A program made the translations under genes and the position numbers. Below the pieces are notes generated by a model, which saw nothing but the letters and a program-made list of their open reading frames with translations, made no database searches and had not been told where the DNA came from. A stretch of 63,773 bases of DNA, the filler included. It is 6 parts of 6 records of this genome, joined end to end, with 100 filler letters (N's around TTAATTAATTAA, not from the genome) between each part and the next. Parts side by side here need not be neighbours in the genome. Positions count along the whole stretch, not along the records: positions 48,053 to 56,357 come from DRR378314_2600; positions 56,458 to 63,773 come from DRR378314_2617; 4 more parts are not named here. One strand, 5' to 3'. Shown one piece after another: positions 49,247-59,771 of this stretch (its first letter is position 1; every line of letters begins with the position of its first letter).

Positions 49247-50275
49247 ATGACCGCCCCACACCCCAGTGATGCAGCCGCAGACGCGCGGCGCTGGGTTCCC
49301 ATTCTCGCGCGCTATCGCGACCCATCGGATCGCCGCAGCCTGCTGGAGATTGGCCTGACGCTCGGTCCGTTCCTGCTGCTTTGGGGTTTGGGGTGGTGGG
49401 CTCTGTCGATCAGCCCCTGGCTCGCCGTGCCCATCGCCATTTTCAACGGTTTCTTTCTGGTCCGGCTGTTCGTGATCCAGCATGACTGCGGTCATGGGGC
49501 CTTGTTCAGCAACAAGACGCTGGGCGATTGGGTCGGGCGCGCGCTTGGGGTGCTGACAGTCACTCCCTATGATGTCTGGCAGCGCATCCACGCCGCCCAT
49601 CATGGCACCGCTGGCAACCTGGACCGCCGCGGCCCCGGCGAAGTCTACACGATGACCACCGCAGAATATCGCGCAGAATCGCGGCTGGGTCGCCTGCGGT
49701 ATCGGCTTTACCGGCACCCGGTGGTGCTGTTCGGGATCGGCCCTGCTTGGGTGTTCCTGTTCGAGAACCGACTGCCCCTTGGTCTGATGCGCGCCGGTGC
49801 GCGCTATTGGGTCAGCGCGATGGGCACCAATATCGCCGTCTTCCTCGTGCTTGGTGCCATCGTGATGTTCGGCGGGCTTGATCCGCTGCTGTTTCTGTTC
49901 CTTCCCACCACCGTCTGCGCCGCAACGATAGGCGTGTGGCTGTTCTATGTTCAGCACCAGTTCGAAGACACGCTGTATGAACACGAGCCGGACTGGAACC
50001 TGCATGAGGTCGCCCTGCACGGCAGCTCGCATTACGACCTGCCCGCGCCGCTGCATTGGCTGACCGCCAACATCGGTCTGCATCACGTGCATCACCTCAA
50101 CAGCCGCATTCCCTTCTATCGCCTTCCCGCCGTGCTGCGGGACCATCCCGGCCTTGAAGGTGCCCAGCGGCTCAGCCTCGGCGAAAGCCTGCGCTGCGTG
50201 CGACTGAAGCTCTGGGATGAAGAGCGCCGCCGGTTGGTCACACTGGCCGACGCCTTCACGCCGACACCCGCCTAA
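49247..50275 (+). CDS. Membrane fatty acid desaturase (Des/delta-12-like)
   Basis: His boxes HDCGH, HAAHH and HHVHH, plus YVQHQF; GGAG RBS before ATG 49247. Confidence 0.93.
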   Translation: MTAPHPSDAAADARRWVPILARYRDPSDRRSLLEIGLTLGPFLLLWGLGWWALSISPWLAVPIAIFNGFFLVRLFVIQHDCGHGALFSNKTLGDWVGRALGVLTVTPYDVWQRIHAAHHGTAGNLDRRGPGEVYTMTTAEYRAESRLGRLRYRLYRHPVVLFGIGPAWVFLFENRLPLGLMRAGARYWVSAMGTNIAVFLVLGAIVMFGGLDPLLFLFLPTTVCAATIGVWLFYVQHQFEDTLYEHEPDWNLHEVALHGSSHYDLPAPLHWLTANIGLHHVHHLNSRIPFYRLPAVLRDHPGLEGAQRLSLGESLRCVRLKLWDEERRRLVTLADAFTPTPA

Positions 50276-50472
50276 GCCCCTGCCGCGTCACAGCCCGCCG
50301 CCTATCGCAGGCCGGGCCGTGGCGCGGCAGCGACGCCCCGACATCCGGGGCCCGACCGATCCCCCTCCCTCGCATGGTTGAGAGATGCGCGGCCTGCAGC
50401 GCGTAGCGCAGAGGTGACAGGCCGCTCCGGATCGCCTACACCCGACCAGACAGCAACAGAGGCGGAACACCC

Positions 50473-52161
50473 GTGGCGCAGGCACTCTGGCGGGGCAACT
50501 GGATTCAACGCAGCAGACTGGTCTCCGGGCTGGTGCTGTTCACCTTCGCCTTTTTCCATTTTCTGAACGTCGCGGCCGGGCTGGTTTCGCCCGAGCTGCT
50601 GGAAGCGGTACAGGAAGCGCGCGAGGCGGTGACCAAGAACCCCGTTGGCCAGGTCGTCCTCTACGGGTCGCTCCTTGTGCATGCGGGACTGGCGCTCTGG
50701 CAGGTGGCCACCCGGCGCACCCTGCGGATGAGCTTCACCCAGTGGCTACAGCTGAGCCTCGGGATCCTCATTCCACTGCAGCTGTTTCAGCACATCGTGC
50801 ACACCAATTACGCCGCCCGCGTCTATGACTATCAGGACGAGATGTCCTCGGTGATCTTGATGCTCTGGAGCTCGCCCGAAGCGCTGCACCAATATCTGCT
50901 GTTGCTCGCGGTCTGGATACACGGCTGCATCGGTCTGCACATGTGGCTGCGCCTGACCCGCTGGTGGGCCGCATATGTGCCCTATATGATCGGTCTTGCG
51001 GTGCTGGTGCCTGCCTTGGCGCTGGCTGGTCTGGTGACCGAGGGGCGCCGGATGTGGGGGTTCTTTGCCGAAGACGGCTTTGCCGCGCAAATCATGGCGG
51101 ATTACAACTGGCCCGATGCCGCCGGGTTTGCCCAACTGGCGACCATCACCAGCGCCAGTGTCTGCGTCTTCTTCGCCCTCTTGGGGCTGGCCTGCGGTGC
51201 CTACATCCTGCGTCGCCTGATAAAGCGCAGCCGCTCGGTGCGTATCACCTACGAAAACGGTCCCGTAGTCACCGCCGACCGTGGCCTGACATTGCTGGAA
51301 ATGTCACAGATGAAAGGCATCCCCCATCCCTCGCTCTGTGGTGGCAAGGGGCGCTGTACCACCTGCCGGGTTGCCATCACTGATGGGTTCGAGGATCTGC
51401 CTCCCCCCAGCCCCGCCGAAGCACGCAGCCTCGCCGCCATCAACGCCGCCGACAATATGCGGCTGGCCTGCCAGATCCGCCCCACCTCGGCGCTGAGTGT
51501 GAAACGGGTCTATGCGCCACAGGGTCGCCGCCAGCTACATGCGGCACAGGGCGAGGAGAAAACCATCGCGGTGCTGTTCCTTGATATTCGCGGCTTCACC
51601 GCACGCTCCGCTGGATTGCTGCCCTATGATGTTGTGTTTCTGCTGAACCGCTTCTTTGACGCCATCGTGCCCGAGGTCACCCGCGCCGGGGGCACCGTCG
51701 ACAAATACATGGGCGACGGCATGCTTGCCCTGTTCGAGACACACACGCCTGACAGCTCTGCCGCAGCCGGGCTGACGGCGGCGGCCAATATCGGCGCAGC
51801 GCTTGCCCGCTTCAACCAAACGCTGTCCTCCGAAGGCGAGGCGCCGGTGCGAATCGGCATGGGGCTGCATGTCGGCACGGTTGTGTTGGGCGAGATCGGC
51901 GCGGCCGGTCAGGCCCCCCGCACCCTGATCGGCGCGGCAGTCAATGCTGCCAGTCGGCTTGAGGCCAAGACCAAGGACCTTGGCGTCGAGCTTCTGGTCT
52001 CGCGCGCCGTGTTCGAGGCGGCGGAGCTACCGCCTCCGGACATTGGGTATGAGACATTTGCCTTGCGCGGTGTCGATGCCCCCGTCGACGCGCTGCCCCT
52101 GCCCCGCGCATCAAGCCTCGATACGATGGTGGCCACGCTCCGCTCCCCGGTCCGATCCTGA
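50473..52161 (+). CDS. Class III adenylate cyclase with His-bearing TM domain and 2Fe-2S ferredoxin domain (CyaC-like)
   Basis: TM helices with His (FFHFLN, VHAGL, QHIVH, IHGCIGLH), CGGKGRCTTC...RLAC, FLDIRGFT, DKYMGDG, VNAASRLE. Confidence 0.9.
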   Translation: MAQALWRGNWIQRSRLVSGLVLFTFAFFHFLNVAAGLVSPELLEAVQEAREAVTKNPVGQVVLYGSLLVHAGLALWQVATRRTLRMSFTQWLQLSLGILIPLQLFQHIVHTNYAARVYDYQDEMSSVILMLWSSPEALHQYLLLLAVWIHGCIGLHMWLRLTRWWAAYVPYMIGLAVLVPALALAGLVTEGRRMWGFFAEDGFAAQIMADYNWPDAAGFAQLATITSASVCVFFALLGLACGAYILRRLIKRSRSVRITYENGPVVTADRGLTLLEMSQMKGIPHPSLCGGKGRCTTCRVAITDGFEDLPPPSPAEARSLAAINAADNMRLACQIRPTSALSVKRVYAPQGRRQLHAAQGEEKTIAVLFLDIRGFTARSAGLLPYDVVFLLNRFFDAIVPEVTRAGGTVDKYMGDGMLALFETHTPDSSAAAGLTAAANIGAALARFNQTLSSEGEAPVRIGMGLHVGTVVLGEIGAAGQAPRTLIGAAVNAASRLEAKTKDLGVELLVSRAVFEAAELPPPDIGYETFALRGVDAPVDALPLPRASSLDTMVATLRSPVRS

Positions 52162-52364
52162 ACCACCGGACCGACTGCGCGCGAAACCCGGCGAATTCTG
52201 TTCCACACATCGGCTGCTTTGCGTGACCGATGATCCAAACGCGGCAGTAAACGCTCACACTGTCCTTTTTCCGATGCGCTGGTAGACTTTGGTCATGCCG
52301 ACAGGGTATTGCCCGCCCCGAGCGCTACCGATGCAGGTGCGATGCCAGACGAAAGAGACGCCCC

Positions 52365-54083
52365 ATGACCATGTTGAGCAATCTGGCTCCGATCCCGGAG
52401 CTTTATGTATCTTACGATTCCGCGCAGAAACTGAAGATCGAAGCAGGCGAGTTGACCAGCCACGACCTGTCTCCGCGCCAGATCTGCGACCTCGAACTGT
52501 TGATGAACGGCGGGTTCAACCCGCTCAAGGGTTTCCTCTCCGAAGAGGACTACAACGGCGTTGTCGAGAACATGCGCCTGGCCGACGGCCAGCTGTGGCC
52601 TATGCCTGTCACGCTTGATGTCTCCGAGGACTTCGCCGCCTCCATCGAGATCGGTCAGGACATCGCCCTGCGCGACCAGGAAGGTGTGATCCTCGCCACC
52701 ATGACCGTCACCGACCGTTGGGAGCCAAACAAGTCCCGCGAGGCCGAAAAGGTCTTTGGCGCCGATGACGACGCGCATCCGGCAGTGAACTACCTGCACA
52801 ACCAGGCCGGCAAGATCTACCTCGGCGGCCCTGTGACCGGCATCCAGCAGCCGATCCACTACGACTTCCGCGCCCGCCGCGACACGCCGAACGAGCTGCG
52901 CGCCTATTTCCGCAAGCTGGGCTGGCGCAAGGTCGTGGCCTTCCAGACCCGCAACCCGCTGCACCGCGCCCACCAGGAGCTGACCTTCCGCGCCGCGCGC
53001 GAAGCGCAGGCCAACCTGCTGATCCACCCCGTCGTGGGCATGACCAAACCGGGCGATGTGGACCACTTCACCCGCGTGCGTTGCTACGAGGCAGTGCTGG
53101 ACAAATACCCGGCAGCCACCACCTCCATGAGCCTCCTGAACCTGGCGATGCGCATGGCCGGGCCCCGCGAGGCGGTCTGGCACGGGCTGATCCGCAAGAA
53201 CCACGGCTGCACCCACTTCATCGTTGGCCGCGACCACGCCGGCCCCGGCAAGAACTCCGCCGGCGAGGATTTCTACGGCCCCTATGACGCGCAGGACCTG
53301 TTCCGCGAACATCAGGACGAAATCGGCATCGAAATGGTCGACTTCAAGCACATGGTCTATGTGCAGGAGCGCGCCCAATACGAGCCCGCCGATGAGATCG
53401 CCGATAAGGATGACGTGACCATCCTCAACATCTCCGGCACCGAGCTGCGTCGCCGCCTGTCCGAGGGGCTGGAAATCCCTGAGTGGTTCTCCTTCCCCGA
53501 AGTGGTGGAAGAGCTGCGCAAGACCAAGCCACCGCGCGCGCAGCAGGGCTTTACCGTGTTCTTCACCGGCTTCTCCGGCTCCGGCAAATCCACCATCGCC
53601 AACGCGCTGATGGTCAAGCTGATGGAAATGGGTGGCCGTCCGGTGACGCTGCTGGATGGCGACATCGTGCGTAAGAACCTCAGCTCCGAGCTGGGCTTCT
53701 CGAAAGAGCACCGTGATCTCAACATCAAGCGCATTGGCTATGTCGCATCCGAGATCACCAAGAACGGTGGCATCGCCATCTGCGCCCCGATCGCGCCCTA
53801 TGCGGCCACCCGCCGCCACGTGCGCGAAGAGATCGAGCAGTTCGGCGCCTTTGTCGAGGTGCATGTCGCCACCATGATCGAGGAATGCGAACGTCGTGAC
53901 CGCAAGGGCCTGTACAAGCTGGCGCGCGAGGGCAAGATCAAGGAATTCACCGGCATCTCCGACCCCTATGACGTGCCGCAGAACCCGGAGCTGAGCGTCG
54001 AGACTGAGAATGTCGAAGTCGACAATTGCGCGCATCAGGTTCTGCTGAAGCTGGAAAGCATGGGCCTGATCAACGGCAACTGA
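52365..54083 (+). CDS. sat: Bifunctional sulfate adenylyltransferase / adenylylsulfate kinase
   Basis: FQTRNPLHRAH, VGRDHAG, ISGTELR, then GFSGSGKST, LDGD, RDRKGLY, FTGISDPY. Confidence 0.96.
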   Translation: MTMLSNLAPIPELYVSYDSAQKLKIEAGELTSHDLSPRQICDLELLMNGGFNPLKGFLSEEDYNGVVENMRLADGQLWPMPVTLDVSEDFAASIEIGQDIALRDQEGVILATMTVTDRWEPNKSREAEKVFGADDDAHPAVNYLHNQAGKIYLGGPVTGIQQPIHYDFRARRDTPNELRAYFRKLGWRKVVAFQTRNPLHRAHQELTFRAAREAQANLLIHPVVGMTKPGDVDHFTRVRCYEAVLDKYPAATTSMSLLNLAMRMAGPREAVWHGLIRKNHGCTHFIVGRDHAGPGKNSAGEDFYGPYDAQDLFREHQDEIGIEMVDFKHMVYVQERAQYEPADEIADKDDVTILNISGTELRRRLSEGLEIPEWFSFPEVVEELRKTKPPRAQQGFTVFFTGFSGSGKSTIANALMVKLMEMGGRPVTLLDGDIVRKNLSSELGFSKEHRDLNIKRIGYVASEITKNGGIAICAPIAPYAATRRHVREEIEQFGAFVEVHVATMIEECERRDRKGLYKLAREGKIKEFTGISDPYDVPQNPELSVETENVEVDNCAHQVLLKLESMGLINGN

Positions 54084-54140
54084 TACTGCCGCTGACCAAG
54101 CGTCCAGATCAACCTTCCGGCCCTCGGCTGGGACATCAGA

Positions 54141-54172
54141 AATCGCCTCAACAGGAGTTGGGGCGGTTTTTT
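54141..54172 (+). terminator. Intrinsic terminator after sat
   Basis: AATCGCCTCAAC-AGGA-GTTGGGGCGGTT followed by a T run. Confidence 0.75.
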
Positions 54173-54238
54173 CTTTTTGTTTCCACTCACATGCGATAGG
54201 TGCCTCACTCATTAAAAAGCAATAAGGTTCACGGGTTC

Positions 54239-55060
54239 ATGAAGCTGGCGACACTCTGGCTCGAAGGTCGAATTCACAATCTTGGCGCCCTGTGTCTCGC
54301 TTCCTGGGTCGAACAGGGGTTCGAGGTGGATCTCTATAGCTTCGGCCCTCTGACCAATGTGCCCGAGGGTGTCACCGTCAAGGATGCCGAGCCGATCCTC
54401 AGCGCCGATCTGCTGGACCAGCTGACACCGGTGCTCCATGCCCACCGCAGCCGGACACAGGCGATCGCCAATTTCTCCGACTTCTTCCGGATGCGGATGA
54501 TGGAACTTGGACTAGGTCTGTGGCTTGATACCGATATCCTACTGTTCCGGCCATTCGATGTGGACCCGACTCAGCCTTACTTTGCTTGGGAGGATCGCCA
54601 CCGGATCGGATCGCCAGTGTTCTACCTGCCGCAGGGCAACCCGATGATCGCCGATTTCAATCGCGTTTATGACGATCCGGATCTGATGCCGCATTGGCTC
54701 GGGTTTAAACGTCGGGTGCTGAAACCGATGATCTGGCGCCTGCAGGGCAAACAGTTCTCGCCGCGGGATCTGGGCATCACCATCTATGGCAATGATGCGT
54801 TCAGCCAGCTTGCCAAGAAGCACCGTCAGACCGAACACGCCCTGTGCACCAAGCCGTTCTACAGCTGGAACGGCAAGGAAACCGAACGTTTTTATGATCC
54901 CAAGTACACCCGCCGGATCGAGCAGGATCCGGAGATCCTCGGACTGCATGTCCACCACAAGGTCGACGTCAATCGACGCCCAGCTCCGGGCAGCCTCTAT
55001 GACCGGATGATCCACCGCTACCAGCACAGTCTGCCCGCAGACATGGCGTGGGACGCCTGA
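54239..55060 (+). CDS. DxD-motif glycosyltransferase-like protein (GT32/capsule synthesis-like)
   Basis: LCLASW, FSDFFR, GLWLDTD. Confidence 0.75.
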   Translation: MKLATLWLEGRIHNLGALCLASWVEQGFEVDLYSFGPLTNVPEGVTVKDAEPILSADLLDQLTPVLHAHRSRTQAIANFSDFFRMRMMELGLGLWLDTDILLFRPFDVDPTQPYFAWEDRHRIGSPVFYLPQGNPMIADFNRVYDDPDLMPHWLGFKRRVLKPMIWRLQGKQFSPRDLGITIYGNDAFSQLAKKHRQTEHALCTKPFYSWNGKETERFYDPKYTRRIEQDPEILGLHVHHKVDVNRRPAPGSLYDRMIHRYQHSLPADMAWDA

Positions 55061-55196
55061 CGCCGGGAACACCAACGTTCTGGCCTGCGCCGCGTAGACG
55101 CCGTGGCATCTAATCTTCACCACTGCACAGGTCGCGCATTGCCGGATTGACATAAAACCGTTACACGCAGCTCGCGTGAAAAAACGGAGAGGCCAG

Positions 55197-56357
55197 GTGT
55201 CCCAAAACGATCTAGACCCGCGTCACCTTGAAACCCTGGACCGGGATCTTGACCGCCTGTCCTCGCTGGAACAGGCGACCGCCTATGTCGGGCGGTCCAA
55301 TGTCGGGCTTGGAATTGCCTTTGTCTTCATCCTGATCGTCGCTGCCGCGACCGGGTTGATGCTGGGCGATGCCAACAACACCGTCATCGTGGTGATCGCC
55401 GCTGCCTTCGGGGCCTATATGGCCCTCAACATCGGCGCCAATGACGTCGCCAACAACATGGGCCCCGCCGTGGGCGCCAATGCCATGTCGATGGGGTTTG
55501 CCATCGTCGTGGCCGCCATCTTCGAAAGCGCCGGGGCGCTGATCGCGGGGGGCGATGTGGTTTCGACCATCGCCAAGGGCATCATCTCGCCGACCACCAT
55601 GGCGACCTCCTCGATGTTCATCGCCGCGATGCTGTCGGCCCTTCTGGCCTCCGCGCTCTGGGTCAATCTCGCCACCTGGATCGGCGCACCTGTCTCCACC
55701 ACCCATGCGGTGGTGGGCGGCGTCATGGGCGCCGGCATCGCCGCAGCCGGCTTTGCCGCCGTGAACTGGGCGCAGATGAGCGCCATTGCCGCCAGCTGGG
55801 TGATCTCGCCCATGCTGGGCGGGCTGATCGCGGCGGGTTTCTTGTGGTTCATCAAGTCGCGCATCATCTACCGTGATGACAAGATCGCCGCTGCCCGTGT
55901 CTGGGTACCGGTTCTTGTCGGCATCATGGGCGGCGCCTTTGCCGCTTATCTTTCGGTCAAGGGTCTGAAGAAACTGATCAAGATCGACCTGACCGATGCG
56001 ATCATGATCGGCGTCGCCGTGGCCCTGCTGCTGTGGCTGGTGATGATCCCGGTGGTGCGCCGCCAGTCACGCGGGCTGGAGAACCGCAACAAATCGCTGA
56101 AGGTGCTGTTTGCGATCCCGCTGATCGTCTCCGCCGCGCTGCTCAGCTTTGCCCATGGGGCCAATGACGTGGCCAATGCGGTTGGCCCGCTCGCGGCGAT
56201 CGTGCAGGCCTCCACTTCCGGCGACTTCACCCAAGCGGTCTCGATCCCCTTCTGGGTGATGATCATTGGCGCCTTCGGCATCTCCTTTGGCCTGTTCCTC
56301 TTTGGCCCCAAGCTAATCCGCATGGTCGGCAGCCAGATCACCAAGCTGAACCCGATG
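55197..56357 (+). CDS. pit: Inorganic phosphate transporter, PiT family (3'-truncated)
   Basis: Two signature motifs, NIGANDVANN and HGANDVANA, plus PVSTTH; GTG start after GGAG. Confidence 0.93.
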
Positions 56358-56457
56358 NNNNNNNNNNNNNNNNNNNNNNNNNNNNNNNNNNNNNNNNNNN
56401 NTTAATTAATTAANNNNNNNNNNNNNNNNNNNNNNNNNNNNNNNNNNNNNNNNNNNN
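56358..56457. other. Artificial contig linker
   Basis: N-run with central TTAATTAATTAA. Confidence 0.99.
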
Positions 56458-56459
56458 TT

Positions 56460-56482
56460 TCGCGGGCAAGGCCCGCTCCCAC
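56460..56482 (-). repeat. GTAG/GTGG-family REP element
   Basis: GTGGGAGCGGGCCTTGCCCGCGA on the minus strand, the Pseudomonas-type REP layout, just after the S49 gene stop and at the contig end. Confidence 0.8.
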
Positions 56483-56491
56483 AAAACTCGG

Positions 56492-57475
56492 TTAGCGCAG
56501 CGTGGGCGCGCCGCCTTCCAGGCCCAGGGTCTGGCCGATGCCGTTGCCGATTGAGGTGCCGAAGCGCTTCAGGAAGCGGTCCACCGGCGAGCGGGTGACG
56601 GTGTAGTCCACCATTTCCTCCAGGCCGGCCACGTCGCGGGCCACCTGCCCCGGGCTTTTCAGGCCGTCGATCAGCCCCAGCTCCAGAGCGCGCTCACCGG
56701 TCCAGAACAGGCCGGAAAACAGCTCCGGGTTCTCGTCCACTTTCAAGCGGTCGCCACGGCCGTCCTTCACCGCGCCGATAAACTGCTGGTGGATCTCGTT
56801 GAGCATGGTCTGCACGTGCTCGCGGTCGGACTCGCGCACCGGCGAGAACGGGTCGAGCAGCGCCTTATTCTCGCCGGCGGTGTACACGCGGCGCTCCACG
56901 CCCAGCTTCTCGGCGGCTTCCTGCACCCCGAAGCTGGCCATGATCACGCCGATGGAGCCGACGATGCTGGCCGGGTCGGCGTAGATCTGGTCGGCGGCGG
57001 CGGCGATGTAATAGGCGCCGGAGGCGCCCATATCGGTGATCGCCGCGTACAGCTTCTTATCCGGGTATTCGGCGCGCAGCCGCTGGATTTCGTTGAACAC
57101 GAAGTTCGACTGCACCGGCGAACCGCCCGGGCTGTTGACGCGCAGCAGCACCGCTTCGGCGTTCTCCGCCTCGAAGGCGTCGCGCAGCCCGCGGCTGATC
57201 AGATCGGCGCTGGCTTCGGAATCCGCCATGATCACGCCGTTCAGGTCGACCACCGCCACGTGGGGCTCGGCCACCGCCATGGCGTCCCCGGAGCGGCTGC
57301 CGGTCATCATGAACAGCAGCGCGAACAGATAGATAAAGGTCAGGCTCTTGAAGAAGATGCCCCAGCGGCGGGTCTTGCGCTGTTCCGCCTGGGCCTGGCC
57401 GAGCAGCTTCTCGAGCAGCTTCCACTCTTTACTGGTGGGGCCGCTGTTCGCCGGGCTGTTGTTGTCGGACTCCAT
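56492..57475 (-). CDS. sppA: S49 family signal peptide peptidase (SppA 36K type)
   Basis: One TM helix; RVNSPGGS, ASGAYY, GSIGV, GLFWTG. Confidence 0.9.
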   Translation of the reverse strand: MESDNNSPANSGPTSKEWKLLEKLLGQAQAEQRKTRRWGIFFKSLTFIYLFALLFMMTGSRSGDAMAVAEPHVAVVDLNGVIMADSEASADLISRGLRDAFEAENAEAVLLRVNSPGGSPVQSNFVFNEIQRLRAEYPDKKLYAAITDMGASGAYYIAAAADQIYADPASIVGSIGVIMASFGVQEAAEKLGVERRVYTAGENKALLDPFSPVRESDREHVQTMLNEIHQQFIGAVKDGRGDRLKVDENPELFSGLFWTGERALELGLIDGLKSPGQVARDVAGLEEMVDYTVTRSPVDRFLKRFGTSIGNGIGQTLGLEGGAPTLR

Positions 57476-58153
57476 CTACACTGTCTCCTCGAAGTGTGTT
57501 TCGCAGTCCACGCCGAGTAACGGCAGCAACTGCGGTAAAGCATCGATCACCGCCAGCGGGTGAAAGTTCATCAAACGGTCCACCGGATGGGCGCCGTAAC
57601 TCACCGCCACCCGGTCGACACCGGCGTCGCGCGCCATCTGCAGATCAAAGGACGTATCCCCGACCACCAGCGCCCGCTCCGGCGCCACGCCCAGTTCGGT
57701 CAATAACTCCGTGACCATGGCCGGGTGCGGCTTGGAATGGGTCTCGTCGGCGCAGCGGGAGGCATCGAAACTGTCGCCCAGCCCACTGCTCGCCCACACC
57801 CGGTCCAGCCCCTTGCGGCTCTTGCCAGTGGCCACCGCCAGGCGCAATCCGGCGGCGCGCAGCGCCGCCAGCGTCTCGCGGGCGCCCGGGTAGAGCCGGC
57901 TGGGGCTCGCCTCGGCGGCCACGAAATGCACCGCGTAACGCTCGCGCATGCGCTCCAGATCCCGGTCGCCGATGCCCGGGTAAAGGGTGCGCAGCGCTTC
58001 CGGCAGACCCAGCCCGATGATCTCGCGCACGGCGTCGTCCTCCAACACCGGCAGACAAAGATCGGCGCCGGCCTGGTGCATGCAGGCAATGATACGCCCG
58101 GTGGAGTCCATCACCGTGCCGTCCCAGTCGAAAATCACCAATTGGTAGGCCAT
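57476..58153 (-). CDS. HAD-IA hydrolase (phosphoglycolate phosphatase-like)
   Basis: FDWDGT, VATGK, SKPHP, VGDTSFD. Confidence 0.92.
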   Translation of the reverse strand: MAYQLVIFDWDGTVMDSTGRIIACMHQAGADLCLPVLEDDAVREIIGLGLPEALRTLYPGIGDRDLERMRERYAVHFVAAEASPSRLYPGARETLAALRAAGLRLAVATGKSRKGLDRVWASSGLGDSFDASRCADETHSKPHPAMVTELLTELGVAPERALVVGDTSFDLQMARDAGVDRVAVSYGAHPVDRLMNFHPLAVIDALPQLLPLLGVDCETHFEETV

Positions 58154-59106
58154 CAGCGTTTATCCGACCGCAGCGCCGTCAGGATGGCCTCGAAATCCTC
58201 GTCCAGCGGCGCGTTGACCTTGATGGTTTCGCCGCTCTGCGGGTGGCGGAACACCAGCGACCGGGCGTGCAGACACAGGCGGCGGTGCCCGAGCGCTTCC
58301 AGCCGCGCGTCGCCCTTGCGGCTGCCGTATTTATCGTCGCCGAGAATCGGGAAGCCGCCGAACTGGCTGTGCACCCGGATCTGATGGGTGCGGCCGGTAC
58401 CCAGGCGCGCCTCCACCAGGGCGGCGTCGCCGAACCGCTCCACCAGCGTGAAATCGGTCACCGAGGCCTTGCCCTCGCGGGACACCCGCACCATCCGCTC
58501 GTTGCCCTGGGTGATCTTCAGCAGGGGCGCTTCCATGCGCCGCTCGCTGCCTTTAAACCCCTGGCACAGCAGCCAGTAGCGCTTCTCCACCCCACCCTGC
58601 TGCATCAATTTCTGCAGGCGCCGCAAAAAGCCCCGGTGGCGGGCGACCATGATGCAGCCGCTGGTGTCCCGGTCGAGCCGGTGCACCAGCTCCAGGTTGC
58701 GCTCTTCCGGGTAGAGCACCCGCAGCGCCTCGATCAGCCCCAGGCTGACCCCGCTGCCGCCGTGCACCGCCAGCCCGGCGGGCTTATTAAAGATGAAGAT
58801 CTGATCGTCCTCGTAGAGCAGCGCCCGCGCCAGCCGCTCGGCCAGCCCGCCGCTGACCACCGGCGGCGCCTGGGACTCGCTGGTGCGCACCGGCGGCACG
58901 CGCACCACGTCGTCCACGGCCAGGCGGGTGGTCTGCTTGGCGCGCTTCTTGTTCACCCGCACCTCGCCGGACCGGATAATCCGATAGATACGCGAACGGG
59001 GCACACCCTTGAGGTGGGTGATCAGGAAATTATCAAGGCGTTGGCCGTCACGGCCTTCATCGATGGTAACGAAAGTGACGCGATCGGCGGCGGGGGTATC
59101 TGACAT
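58153..59106 (-). CDS. rluC: 23S rRNA pseudouridine synthase RluC
   Basis: S4 domain QRLDNFL, HRLDRDTSG, GRTHQIRVH; divergent from rne, the usual gammaproteobacterial arrangement. Confidence 0.93.
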   Translation of the reverse strand: MSDTPAADRVTFVTIDEGRDGQRLDNFLITHLKGVPRSRIYRIIRSGEVRVNKKRAKQTTRLAVDDVVRVPPVRTSESQAPPVVSGGLAERLARALLYEDDQIFIFNKPAGLAVHGGSGVSLGLIEALRVLYPEERNLELVHRLDRDTSGCIMVARHRGFLRRLQKLMQQGGVEKRYWLLCQGFKGSERRMEAPLLKITQGNERMVRVSREGKASVTDFTLVERFGDAALVEARLGTGRTHQIRVHSQFGGFPILGDDKYGSRKGDARLEALGHRRLCLHARSLVFRHPQSGETIKVNAPLDEDFEAILTALRSDKR

Positions 59107-59771
59107 GCGGCGATTCTAGCCAAGCGGGCGCGGCTCCGCCAGCGGTGTCGGTGTTCACGGCGCGCTCATGCCTCGCCCATCTATCTGATTGATCAGACTG
59201 TGATTTTACTGGTATAGTCAGCCGTCGGCCCGGGCTGGCCAACGGCGACGCGCAGCGACCATTCGCCGTCGGTACACCAAAACCCGCCAGCCCGCCCGAC
59301 AAGAATCGAACGGGCCCGAAAGGCCCCGACGCTGCAGCCAATCCCCCGGCGGCAACACAACTCCCCGGCGGATTACCGACAACCAACACCAGGTGGTCTG
59401 CGGCACAGGTCGAAGACATAGCCGGGCTGCCGGCGAGCAGCGCCAATAGCGCCCCTTGCCGACACCCCAACCGGTACACAGACGGTAAAGTTTACCCGGC
59501 ACGGCGCGTTTGACGCGCCGGGCACAGCGTAACGCGGATAGAGGGGCCAAGGCCCCGCCAGCAACGCCAACGGCACAACTTCACAAGCCCGGAGAGGAAC
59601 AGGAAAGGTAGAAGACAGGCAGATTACCAACGTCGTCCGAGCGCCCAGCGCCGCCACGCGTGAGCATTGCCTGCTCGCCACTCTTCCGCCTCCCCACCAG
59701 GGTAAGAGGTCTGATACCGGTATTGATACCGGCCCGCTGCATGCCGCCACGAACCTTGTGGTAGCACAACA
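59107..59771 (+). promoter_or_regulatory. Long rluC-rne intergenic region / rne 5' leader
   Basis: 665 nt with no credible ORF upstream of rne; long autoregulatory leaders are established for rne. Confidence 0.6.

Noticed and set aside
52293-54212. 639-aa antisense ORF
   Set aside because: Shadow of sat/cysC.
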